Source of the DNA: a plasmid
Strand: one strand, 5' to 3'
Length of the DNA stretch: 64,000 nt
Sequence record: NZ_CP031103.1
Part shown: positions 56,567 to 64,000 of the stretch, in pieces
Layout: the number at the start of each line of letters is the position of its first letter
Position numbering within the stretch: position 1 is the first letter of the stretch
Made by a program: the position numbers and the translations under genes
Notes under the pieces: generated by a model
The model's input: the letters and a program-made list of their open reading frames with translations, nothing else
Databases searched by the model: none
What the model was told of the DNA's origin: nothing

Positions 56567-58113
56567 GCCAGTGCCTCCTGAATATAATCAGGTACCGTCA
56601 GCTCTTCGGCGTGCAGCTGTAACAGCCGGAATGCTGCTTCTGCCTTATTGGCCAGCATGTATTCCTGCACCGTGAGTGTTCGGCGGGTTCCGCGGAAAAG
56701 CGCGTCACACAGAGCAGCGTTATCCTGATACAGGCAGATTTCAAATGTGGATCGGGTGTTGTCGCGATCAGCAAATACCCGGGTGCGGGAACACAGCACG
56801 TCAGCATAGCGTTCATCGCAGTTTTGCTGATAGTTTCCGTCATTATCACGAAGGGCCGCGACGCGATTTTCCAGAAGACGGGCCAGTTCAAGATAACGAC
56901 GGAAACTCGTTCCGCCGATAGCGATGATGTGAACCCCGTCATCCTCCGGCGCCCTGCCATACAGGCGGCGATAAAAGGCCTCAATCAGAATAAACTCAGC
57001 ATCCCCCTCCACGAGCAGTACACGTCTGGCCAGCGCAAATTCCAGCACGTTATTATCCGGTGCTTTCATGAAGAAGGCGGCAGTCTCAGCGGAAAGTTCA
57101 TTCATCAGTACCGGCCGGGTAGATCCGAGGAGGATTGCCTTACGCAGATCGAGGCGGGAGGAGATATGGCTGCTGTGTGTGGCAATAAATACCTGCGTCT
57201 GCCGTTCAGTGGCAAGCTGATTAACTAGCCTCTTCATACTGACATGGCTGAGATGATTCTCCGGCTCCTCAAGCAACAGTGCGTGGAGCTCTCCCTGCTG
57301 CTGATGGCGCTGCAGCGCAAACTCTGTTTTGATGAAGCACTGCCTTCCTTTTCCACGGTGACGAATGGAAATACCGTCCTCGGTAATGTCCAGATTCGCC
57401 TCAAGACCTGATTTAGCACCGGAACGCACGCCAAACTGATACGTTTCCAGCGTGTCGTTTATGGCTGACAGATGCCGGGTGCAGAAGAGCATTTTCTGTT
57501 GCCGGTAACTGTTTTCAAGCCGGTAACGATCGGCCACCGGCACATTGACGCTGTAAACTGTGCGCGTATATTCCTGTGCGGCGTGCTCGTTATCGATGCG
57601 TGCACTGTCTAACAGCAGATGGCGCAGATAGCGTCTGAAGCCGGCGAAATGACCACCGGAGAAGGTGCTGAACCGCACGGAATAGTATTCATAGGGAAAA
57701 TTATCGGGATCCTGCTGTAGTACATTGTGAATATCCTGACCGTATTCCTCCGTCATTGGTGCAATGCGCATTCTGAGTCCATCCGCATCGATACCCGCCA
57801 GATTTTGCCTGCCGTTCAGGTCAGGATCTCCCCCATTACTCAGGAAAACGTCAGCTGTCAGCACGGGTAACAGCTCGGCGCGGCGCTCACCTTCCTGAAA
57901 ATGCCTGACTGCTGACTGGGACAGGAGCGATTCCACACCCAATGCCTCGACCCGGTGCCGGCTGTCACTCAGCACAAGGTCAAGGGCCAGCAGAATCGTG
58001 CTTTTCCCGGACTCGTTGTCACCGACCAGAATGTTACGGTCATGAGTGAAGCGCAGATCCAGTTCCGGAAACTTTTTAAAGTTTTGCAGCATAAGCCGCG
58101 TGATCAGAGGCAT
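56551..58113 (-). CDS. OLD-family ATP-dependent nuclease: ABC-type ATPase + Toprim (GajA-like)
   Basis: N-terminal GDNESGKST Walker A, LLLEEPENHLS Walker B, IATHS H-loop, C-terminal Toprim LLVEGDAEF...IAIGG. 520 aa. Confidence 0.7.
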   Translation of the reverse strand: MPLITRLMLQNFKKFPELDLRFTHDRNILVGDNESGKSTILLALDLVLSDSRHRVEALGVESLLSQSAVRHFQEGERRAELLPVLTADVFLSNGGDPDLNGRQNLAGIDADGLRMRIAPMTEEYGQDIHNVLQQDPDNFPYEYYSVRFSTFSGGHFAGFRRYLRHLLLDSARIDNEHAAQEYTRTVYSVNVPVADRYRLENSYRQQKMLFCTRHLSAINDTLETYQFGVRSGAKSGLEANLDITEDGISIRHRGKGRQCFIKTEFALQRHQQQGELHALLLEEPENHLSHVSMKRLVNQLATERQTQVFIATHSSHISSRLDLRKAILLGSTRPVLMNELSAETAAFFMKAPDNNVLEFALARRVLLVEGDAEFILIEAFYRRLYGRAPEDDGVHIIAIGGTSFRRYLELARLLENRVAALRDNDGNYQQNCDERYADVLCSRTRVFADRDNTRSTFEICLYQDNAALCDALFRGTRRTLTVQEYMLANKAEAAFRLLQLHAEELTVPDYIQEALAWIRE

Positions 58114-58186
58114 CTTTTATTCCTTTATATACCGCTGACTGAAAGAGTGTCCGGCAGCGCCAGACCGCCTGTTTTGTATTACAGCG

Positions 58187-58603
58187 TTATCTTACCCAGT
58201 CTTCCAGCACCAGACCCGGCACCCGCTCAAATTCCCGCACATTATTCGTCACCAGCACCGCGCCGGCGGCAATGGCGTGCCCGGCGATCGCCGTGTCGTT
58301 CGGCCCGATCGGTGTACCCGCGAGGCGCAGCGCCACCTTGATTTCTGTAGTCGCATCCACCGCGGCGCGGTCCCAGGGCAGGATGGCATCGAGGCGGGCG
58401 CAGAACGCGTCGACCAGCTCGATATGCCGCGGTGAGGCCTTCGGCCCGGTGGCGCCGAAGCGCATCTCGGAATAAGTGATGGCCGAGACAACGATGCGCT
58501 GGCTGCGCAGCACCGCCTGCTCCAGGCGCTTCAGGACGGCTTCCGGCTGCTCGCGCATGATGAATGAGCAGATGTTCGTGTCGAGCATATAAATCTTGTT
58601 CAC
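58187..58603 (-). CDS. vapC: VapC PIN-domain toxin
   Basis: MLDTNICSF...D...E acidic PIN residues. ATGA overlap with vapB. Confidence 0.85.
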   Translation of the reverse strand: MNKIYMLDTNICSFIMREQPEAVLKRLEQAVLRSQRIVVSAITYSEMRFGATGPKASPRHIELVDAFCARLDAILPWDRAAVDATTEIKVALRLAGTPIGPNDTAIAGHAIAAGAVLVTNNVREFERVPGLVLEDWVR

Positions 58604-58830
58604 AGGTCAAATCGTCCTTCGTCGGTGACAACGTCCTCACGCTCCGCCATAAAGTCCGGATCTGCTTTTTCCAGCTGCGCGAACGAGCCCCAGGTCGGCC
58701 GGACAGGGCGCAGGATGATGCTGTCCCCTTCCCGGACGATCTCCAGCTCGCTCACCCCCTCAAAATCCAGATCGCGGGGCAGACGGATGGCGCGGTTGTT
58801 GCCGTTTTTAAAAATGGATACTGTTCTCAT
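58600..58830 (-). CDS. vapB: VapB antitoxin (AbrB/SpoVT-type)
   Basis: MRTVSIFKNGNNRAIRLPRDL..., 76 aa. Confidence 0.8.
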   Translation of the reverse strand: MRTVSIFKNGNNRAIRLPRDLDFEGVSELEIVREGDSIILRPVRPTWGSFAQLEKADPDFMAEREDVVTDEGRFDL

Positions 58831-58839
58831 GGTGTTCTC

Positions 58840-59040
58840 TCCCGAGTCTGTGTGGATATGTGGCACATATCCGAAACGATGTTCATTGCACCGGGTGTGT
58901 ACATATGCCAAGTATAGGCAGATGCATAGCATATGTATAGGGGTCACATATGCAGATGTGATAGATATGCGTATGCCTGACTTATGCAGATGCCAGGCAT
59001 ATGGATATGTGATGTATAGGCTTTCGACTCTCTTTTAATG
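58840..59040. repeat. CATATG/TATGCA-rich repeat array upstream of vapBC
   Basis: At least 8 copies of (G/A)CATATG(C/T) or TATGCAGATG-like units within 200 bp. Confidence 0.5.
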
Positions 59041-59358
59041 CTGAGATCCGAAAAAAGGTAGTCCCGGATCAACCTTGTGTTTTACTCAGATTTATGAAAC
59101 GTAAAACATAACCATGGTACAATATAGACAGTTAGCAGAATTTAACGGGTAGGCGTTACGGGTGTTGTAGTCAGGATGTAAGCATAGTAGAGAACTTCCT
59201 GCTTCCGGATAATTGAAATAGGAAGATTTTCGGAAGTTCCGGCTATGGTCGTCCGGTAATTCCTATGCGTCACATTACGCGTGCTAACTTTAGACCACTT
59301 AGCGACATGAAGTCATTTGGTATAAATATAAACGTTCAACTGATAAGGATATCAATTA

Positions 59359-59672
59359 TGAACAAAGTAATGATTAGTTTTGTAACTGCATATGCAGCAG
59401 TGAGTTTTCTTCAGGACCGTTTAGGTCATCGTCGTATCTGGATCACCAAGTTTTATGTGGGGGTTGCTGGCGTCGGTTACTACTACGCTCTTGTTGATTG
59501 TAATCACCGTGTGCTTGCCGACTGGGATCAGGATACATGTTGTTGGGATTTACGCTCTGAAGCTTGGATTATTGTTCCGGAAAGCAGAGACTACCTTCCG
59601 GAAGATGTGCTGACTGAGGTCATTTCAAAATGGCAACTTTTTCAGCTTTCCATGTTGGAAGGTTTTGCATAA
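59359..59672 (+). CDS. Hypothetical protein
   Basis: AAGGA ribosome-binding site. The 104-aa product begins MNKVMISFVTAYAAVSF. A strong terminator follows. Confidence 0.4.
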
Positions 59673-59676
59673 TCCA

Positions 59677-59703
59677 AGAGGGGCTCGACCCCTCTTTTTT
59701 TAT
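59677..59703 (+). terminator. Intrinsic terminator
   Basis: agaggggctcgacccctct hairpin followed by a T8 run. Confidence 0.8.
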
Positions 59704-59782
59704 GATTATCTTATAGCCTGATTTCTTTAGCGCAGGGCCCAGTGATAAACGGGCTCTTCGATTCGGTTAATTTCTTTATAGA

Positions 59783-60065
59783 TCATGACGTTATGGGAAG
59801 TGCAAAAGATAACATGCTGGATAAAGATTCGATATCTGTCTGGCGTAGCTCAGCGCGGATAACTTCCAGCTGGCGGTTATTAACTCTGATCCATTCATTG
59901 CTGGTCATTCCCTCGTGTGCAAACACCTGTACGCGCCATTCGGTGCTTTCCCATTTAGCGATTAGCTGGACGTTCTCAATGCCGAAATAGGACAGCGGGA
60001 AAATACGAAAATAACGTTCCCATACTACATAGGCAACAGGAACGGGGCGATGATAAGTGCGAGTA
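59783..60065 (-). pseudogene. ORF whose 5' end runs into the IS407-group element terminus (likely truncated by the insertion)
   Basis: The ORF 59783..60106 overlaps the IS inverted repeat that starts at 60066. Confidence 0.3.
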
Positions 60066-60109
60066 AGATTTCCATTCATGTGACCTGCCCCCAGGATTAG
60101 ATACAACCT

Positions 60110-60943
60110 TCAGTTAGTAATGTCGGTTGGTTTTTCTTCATATTTCCCGTTTCGCCAGTCCGCTGCAAATTCAGCCGGAGTCTGGTAGTTCAGCGATGAA
60201 TGTGGACGACACTCGTTATAATCCTGCCGCCAGTCATTAATCGTTTTCCTGGCGTGAACTATATCGCTGAACCAGTGCTCATTGAGCCACTCATCCCTGA
60301 ATCGTCCGTTAAAACTTTCAATAAATCCGTTCTGTGTTGGCTTGCCCGGCTGGATAAGCCGCAGCTCCACCCCATGCTCATAAGCCCACTGGTCAAGTGC
60401 TCTGCAGGTAAACTCCGGCCCCTGGTCCGTTCTTATCGTCGCCGGATAGCCTCGAAACAGTGCAATGCTGTCCAGAATTCGCGTGACCTGAACGCCTGAA
60501 ATCCCGAATGCGGCGGTAATCGTCAGACACTCCTTCGTGAAGTCGTCCACGCAGGTCAGGCACTTGATCCTGCGACCGGTGGAAAGTGCGTCCATGACAA
60601 AATCCATCGACCAGGTCAGATTGGGCGCCGCCGGACGGAGCAGCGGCAGACGTTCTGTTGCCAGCCCTTTACGACGTCGTCTGCGTTTTACGCCCAGCCC
60701 GTTAAGGTGGTAAAGGCGGTACACGCGCTTGTGATTAACATGAAGGCCTTCACGGCGCAGTAACTGCCAGATGCGTCGGTAGCCAAAACGCCTGCGCTCC
60801 AGTGCCAGCTCAGTGATGCGCCCTGATAAATGCGCATCAGCAGCCGGACGGTGAGCCTCATAGCGGCAGGTCGACAGGGATAAACCTGTAAGCCTGCAGG
60901 CACGACGTTGCGACAGACCGGTCGCATCACACATCAACACCAC
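60110..60943 (-). CDS. IS3-family OrfB (DDE integrase core; normally fused to OrfA by a -1 frameshift)
   Basis: 277 aa with the DDE region ...TDQGPEF...[14 protein letters not shown]. Confidence 0.85.
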   Translation of the reverse strand: MVLMCDATGLSQRRACRLTGLSLSTCRYEAHRPAADAHLSGRITELALERRRFGYRRIWQLLRREGLHVNHKRVYRLYHLNGLGVKRRRRRKGLATERLPLLRPAAPNLTWSMDFVMDALSTGRRIKCLTCVDDFTKECLTITAAFGISGVQVTRILDSIALFRGYPATIRTDQGPEFTCRALDQWAYEHGVELRLIQPGKPTQNGFIESFNGRFRDEWLNEHWFSDIVHARKTINDWRQDYNECRPHSSLNYQTPAEFAADWRNGKYEEKPTDITN

Positions 60944-60966
60944 AGCTTCCCGCTTCTGGTCTGTCG

Positions 60967-61230
60967 TCAGTACTTTCGCCCCAGAGCCACCTGAAGCGCC
61001 TCCTTATCCAGCATGGCTTCAGCGAGCAGCTTCTTGAGGCGGGCGTTCTCTTCCTCAAGCGACTTCAGGCGCTTAACTTCAGGCACCTCCATACCGCCAT
61101 ACTTCTTACGCCAGGTGTAAAACGTGGCATCGGAAATGGCATGCTTGCGGCAGAGTTCACGGGCGGGTACCCCAGCTTCGGCTTCGCGGAGAATACTGAT
61201 GATCTGTTCGTCGGAAAAACGCTTCTTCAT
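60967..61230 (-). CDS. IS3-family OrfA
   Basis: [47 protein letters not shown].... Confidence 0.85.
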   Translation of the reverse strand: MKKRFSDEQIISILREAEAGVPARELCRKHAISDATFYTWRKKYGGMEVPEVKRLKSLEEENARLKKLLAEAMLDKEALQVALGRKY

Positions 61231-61490
61231 GGGGATGTCCTCATGTGGCTTATGAAGACATTACTAACATCGGGGTGTACTAATCAACGGGGAGCAGGTC
61301 AGAGGTGCATGATTACTTGCTTGATAATTACGTCAGCTATTTCCAGACTTGTGGTTTCGAAAATGAAGTAGGTGGTGATGAAGGCTATGCGCTTGCGTGG
61401 GAGTTCAACCAACACCTGTCAAAAGATGTCCAAAGGCGTTTCCGCAACATGATCCTGCGTGCGTAGTAGCAGCTCCGAATGGTCATAATG

Positions 61491-61513
61491 AAAAAGGCTC
61501 CCAGTGGGAGCCT
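61491..61513 (-). terminator. Intrinsic terminator for the small minus-strand ORF
   Basis: On the minus strand, an aaggctcccac-tgggagcctt hairpin followed by ttttt. Confidence 0.7.
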
Positions 61514-61538
61514 TACTGTCTGATCGGGATAATGAATA

Positions 61539-61712
61539 TTATCCGTGGCTTACTGGCTTTACGCCTTTCTTCGGCCCGACCATATCCATGTCTTTTTCCT
61601 TCAGGCCTACTCTGGCAAGTTTGTTGCCGTCGATGGAAGCCCAGAAGGCGAGAGAGCGTTTCGCACCAGCAATAGCTTTATCAGAAGTGATTCTTTTTTG
61701 TTGTTTAATCAT
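61539..61712 (-). CDS. Small hypothetical protein (57 aa), not in the ORF track
   Basis: GAGGT ribosome-binding site then ATG. MIKQQKRITSDKAIAGAKRSLAFWASIDGNKLARVGLKEKDMDMVGPKKGVKPVSHG. An intrinsic terminator follows directly. Confidence 0.4.
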   Translation of the reverse strand: MIKQQKRITSDKAIAGAKRSLAFWASIDGNKLARVGLKEKDMDMVGPKKGVKPVSHG

Positions 61713-61802
61713 TTTTAACCTCTTTGGCCAGAGCCTGTACGACTAATTTTATAACAAACGCGTACATTAAACAAACAGCCTGTCGACTGCTGGTTTCGGT
61801 TG

Positions 61803-62375
61803 TCATTCTTCATCAGGGTTAACGCCATTCACCTTCATGCGTATGGTATCGAGCACGTCGAGCGCACTTGCTGACATCTTATTGTGGTCATCCCATACCT
61901 GAGCAAATCCATAACTGCGATAACGTGGTTTTGCATCGTCTGTCGGATCTTTAATATAAATGTCGTCAAGATCAGCGATTTCGCAGAAAGTTGTCGCGTA
62001 GATGAGAGCAATAATTAATACATTGCCTGTCAGTTCAGTTTCTTCATCCGAAATGAAATTTTCTAACATGCAAATTAAAAATTGCTCACGGCGCTGATCG
62101 TATTTACAAATGATAACTGCCTGCAGCTCTTCTGGCGCGTCGCGGTCGCTCAGCTTTAAGGTTATATCCAGTATTCCGTCATCAGCGTTTCCGCTATAAG
62201 CCTCCATTGCCCATCGCCAGTTCAAGTTACTTTGTAAGCTAGCGTCTTCAAGCTGGCGTTTTTCTTCTTCACTTAATATGCCAACTTCGATATTAGTCCA
62301 CCCAATCACTTCAATAGCTTGTTGTGTAGTGGCAAGGCAATGCTCGTGGAGTTGCTGTGTGGATAGGATGCTCAA
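61803..62375 (-). CDS. Hypothetical acidic protein
   Basis: 190 aa with no recognisable motif. Confidence 0.4.
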   Translation of the reverse strand: MSILSTQQLHEHCLATTQQAIEVIGWTNIEVGILSEEEKRQLEDASLQSNLNWRWAMEAYSGNADDGILDITLKLSDRDAPEELQAVIICKYDQRREQFLICMLENFISDEETELTGNVLIIALIYATTFCEIADLDDIYIKDPTDDAKPRYRSYGFAQVWDDHNKMSASALDVLDTIRMKVNGVNPDEE

Positions 62376-62461
62376 TTAATGTCGTCCTTTATCTTAAGCC
62401 TGGAGCAATTATATCGTCCGGGCGTATCAAAGTTAACCATTTACGGCTTCCCGGTACGCTG

Positions 62462-63583
62462 CTAATACTTTCTGGCACGGCGACGCGCCATTGCCGACTC
62501 TCCGGCCAGAATGTCACGGCAGTAACGGATCACCATCCTTTCGCTTGTCCAGCGCCCGGCCTGCATGATCTCCAGCGTGTTGTACCCCTCGGCCGCCAGG
62601 TCCTGCGAGGCCCCGACCCGGGCGGAGTGTCCCGACCAGCGCGGGATCCCGAGCGTCTCCAGCCCGAGCGCCTTCCAGGCCCGGGCGAAGATATTCTCCA
62701 CCGTATCGACCGAAAGCGGGCCGCTGACATAGGCGGCATTATTGTGTTTCGTCACCTTGCCGAACAGGTACTGATCGCCCTCGAGCTTGCGACCGGCGGC
62801 CGTCAGGTAGTCCAGCAGCACGCGAACTCCCTGGCGGGAAAGCGGGGCCTTGTCCGGTTCGCCGGAGTGGTTAGTTTTCGTGATGGGGATCGTCAGGATG
62901 GCGGTGCCATCACTGGATATGCGCAGGTGACTGCAGCGGATACGCGCCACCTCCGACGCACGCAGCAGGGTTTCATACGCCACCACCAGCAGGGCCAGAT
63001 CGCGCCTGCACACCAGCAGCGGCGATTCACGCCACAACTCCACCAGCTGATCGAGGTGCAGCTCCCGCAGCGCCGAGGCCTGCTCGGTCGTTTCCTCCGC
63101 CTGCACCTTGGCCCGCACCAGGGCGGCGAAGGTGTCCTTCAGGCGCTCATCCGTCGTGGGGTCCGGGCAACCGGCGGCGCGGCTTACCCGGCCGATGGCC
63201 CAGCGGTCGATCGCCAGGGTGTTGCGATGCACCGAACCGGCACGCTCGGTCAGGTAGGCTTCCACGTCGGCCACGTCTGCGGGTAATGGCGACCGGTCAT
63301 CATATTGGCTGCACCAGGTGACGTAACGCTGCCAGGCACCGGTGAGCGATTCCAGCGTGCGATCGGAGTAGCGACCGGCGCGGAACTGAAACGCCTCGAG
63401 GTTCTGCCTGATGGCGTCCTGGATGCGCGGGTGCTTTTCGATACGATGGCCATGCAGCCGCGCGCGGCGAATGAGGTCCCCGAGGTCACCCGGCGAAAAA
63501 GCATCGAGATCCAAACTATCAATGCTGCTTATGATTTCAGCCGGAAACAGTTGCCCGGCGTCGGGATTAATGAGCTGCGTCAT
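62462..63583 (-). CDS. Tyrosine recombinase / phage-type integrase
   Basis: 373 aa with C-terminal R...HSARVG...GRW...Y catalytic residues. Confidence 0.8.
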   Translation of the reverse strand: MTQLINPDAGQLFPAEIISSIDSLDLDAFSPGDLGDLIRRARLHGHRIEKHPRIQDAIRQNLEAFQFRAGRYSDRTLESLTGAWQRYVTWCSQYDDRSPLPADVADVEAYLTERAGSVHRNTLAIDRWAIGRVSRAAGCPDPTTDERLKDTFAALVRAKVQAEETTEQASALRELHLDQLVELWRESPLLVCRRDLALLVVAYETLLRASEVARIRCSHLRISSDGTAILTIPITKTNHSGEPDKAPLSRQGVRVLLDYLTAAGRKLEGDQYLFGKVTKHNNAAYVSGPLSVDTVENIFARAWKALGLETLGIPRWSGHSARVGASQDLAAEGYNTLEIMQAGRWTSERMVIRYCRDILAGESAMARRRARKY

Positions 63584-64000
63584 AAAGGAAATTCCACTTT
63601 TTTGTAATTATTAGGCGCGTCGGTTGCGCTTGTGTATTATGGGGTCAAATCGGAATAACTGCCATTAGTCCGAATTGATAAATAAGTCTTTTTATGAGGG
63701 TAGTGTGTTCGTCCGAATCAATCTCGATGTTACCCTGTGTCAACTTGTGTAAGTTTTATATTGTGAGCCGGTTCCTGTTTTACAGGGGCCTGATGTAGTT
63801 AACCCTGCAAATATTAGTGATATCTGTCAGTATTGGCGGCAGTGCCATCGCACCGGGAAACCGCTCGCACGCCCAGTAATATGACAGAATAAGATGACCC
63901 ACCCGCCAGCTCGGGTGAAACATGTTGAGGTCGAAGGAATGGAAGTAAGAGAAATGGTAAACAATATTGACTTTGTTTACAGCCGCGCCACCGGACGCAA

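Larger units (their letters stand above)
60066..61301 (-). mobile_element. IS3-family, IS407-group insertion sequence (1236 bp)
   Basis: Terminal inverted repeats TGACCTGCCCCCAGGATTAGATAC... and TGACCTGCTCCCCGTTGATTAGTAC.... orfA and orfB lie inside. Confidence 0.85.

Overview
This window is a mosaic accessory region of a large enterobacterial plasmid; the gene content suggests a Klebsiella/Enterobacter-type IncFIB-like plasmid carrying heavy-metal resistance. All calls are made by eye from the sequence and the supplied ORF track, so family names rest on remembered motifs and have not been checked against databases.

Main blocks, in order:
- **1-1556.** A DUF2384-type antitoxin-like ORF, then a higBA toxin-antitoxin pair on the minus strand.
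- **1625-2392.** IS1 copy 1. It is inserted into codon 5 of higB with an 8-bp target duplication.
- **2462-3352.** An orphan gene fragment and a truncated IS3-family element.
- **3422-4086.** A hypothetical gene and a Lar-like restriction-alleviation gene.
- **4434-5343.** A ParF/ParG (TP228-type) partition pair, flanked on both sides by ACTCATTTAC-type centromere repeats.
- **5400-6960.** An iteron replicon: DnaA box, AT-rich tract, five ~21-bp iterons, a RepFIB-like repA, and downstream inverted iterons.
- **6996-7763.** A tyrosine recombinase.
- **8324-9354.** A lipoprotein gene cut by IS1 copy 2.
- **9355-19333.** An accessory segment bounded by IS1 copies 2 and 3, which lie in direct orientation.
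  - A 1629-aa single-polypeptide Type ISP restriction-modification enzyme (Mrr-like nuclease, SF2 ATPase, gamma-type N6-adenine methyltransferase, target-recognition domain).
  - A GC-rich decayed segment with frameshifted genes (15.1-17.9 kb).
  - A DHH/DHHA1 phosphoesterase translationally coupled to a small ORF.
- **19334-20100.** IS1 copy 3, with a frameshifted insB.
- **20169-29508.** A Tn21/Tn501-family mercury transposon carrying merR, merTPCADE, urf2, res, tnpR and tnpA. Its IRtnp is interrupted by an IS4321/IS5075-like IS110-family element. merT carries a 4x tandem 15-bp repeat.
- **29937-31669.** A two-gene cassette of unknown function. The second protein has a diphtheria-toxin-like ADP-ribosyltransferase signature.
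- **32119-53903.** A CHASRI-like copper/silver island: pcoABCDRSE, a pcoE-like gene, pcoG, silP, a DUF411 gene, silABFC, silRS, silE, and a DUF305 gene.
- **54089-58830.** An AT-rich defence islet: an HNH endonuclease, a Gabija-like pair (OLD-family ATPase/Toprim nuclease plus a compact UvrD-like helicase), and vapBC.
- **59359-63583.** Hypothetical genes, an IS407-group IS3-family element, a small terminator-coupled ORF, and a second tyrosine integrase.

No rRNA, tRNA or CRISPR array was seen. Many long antisense ORFs in the GC-rich mer, tnpA and sil genes are judged spurious.
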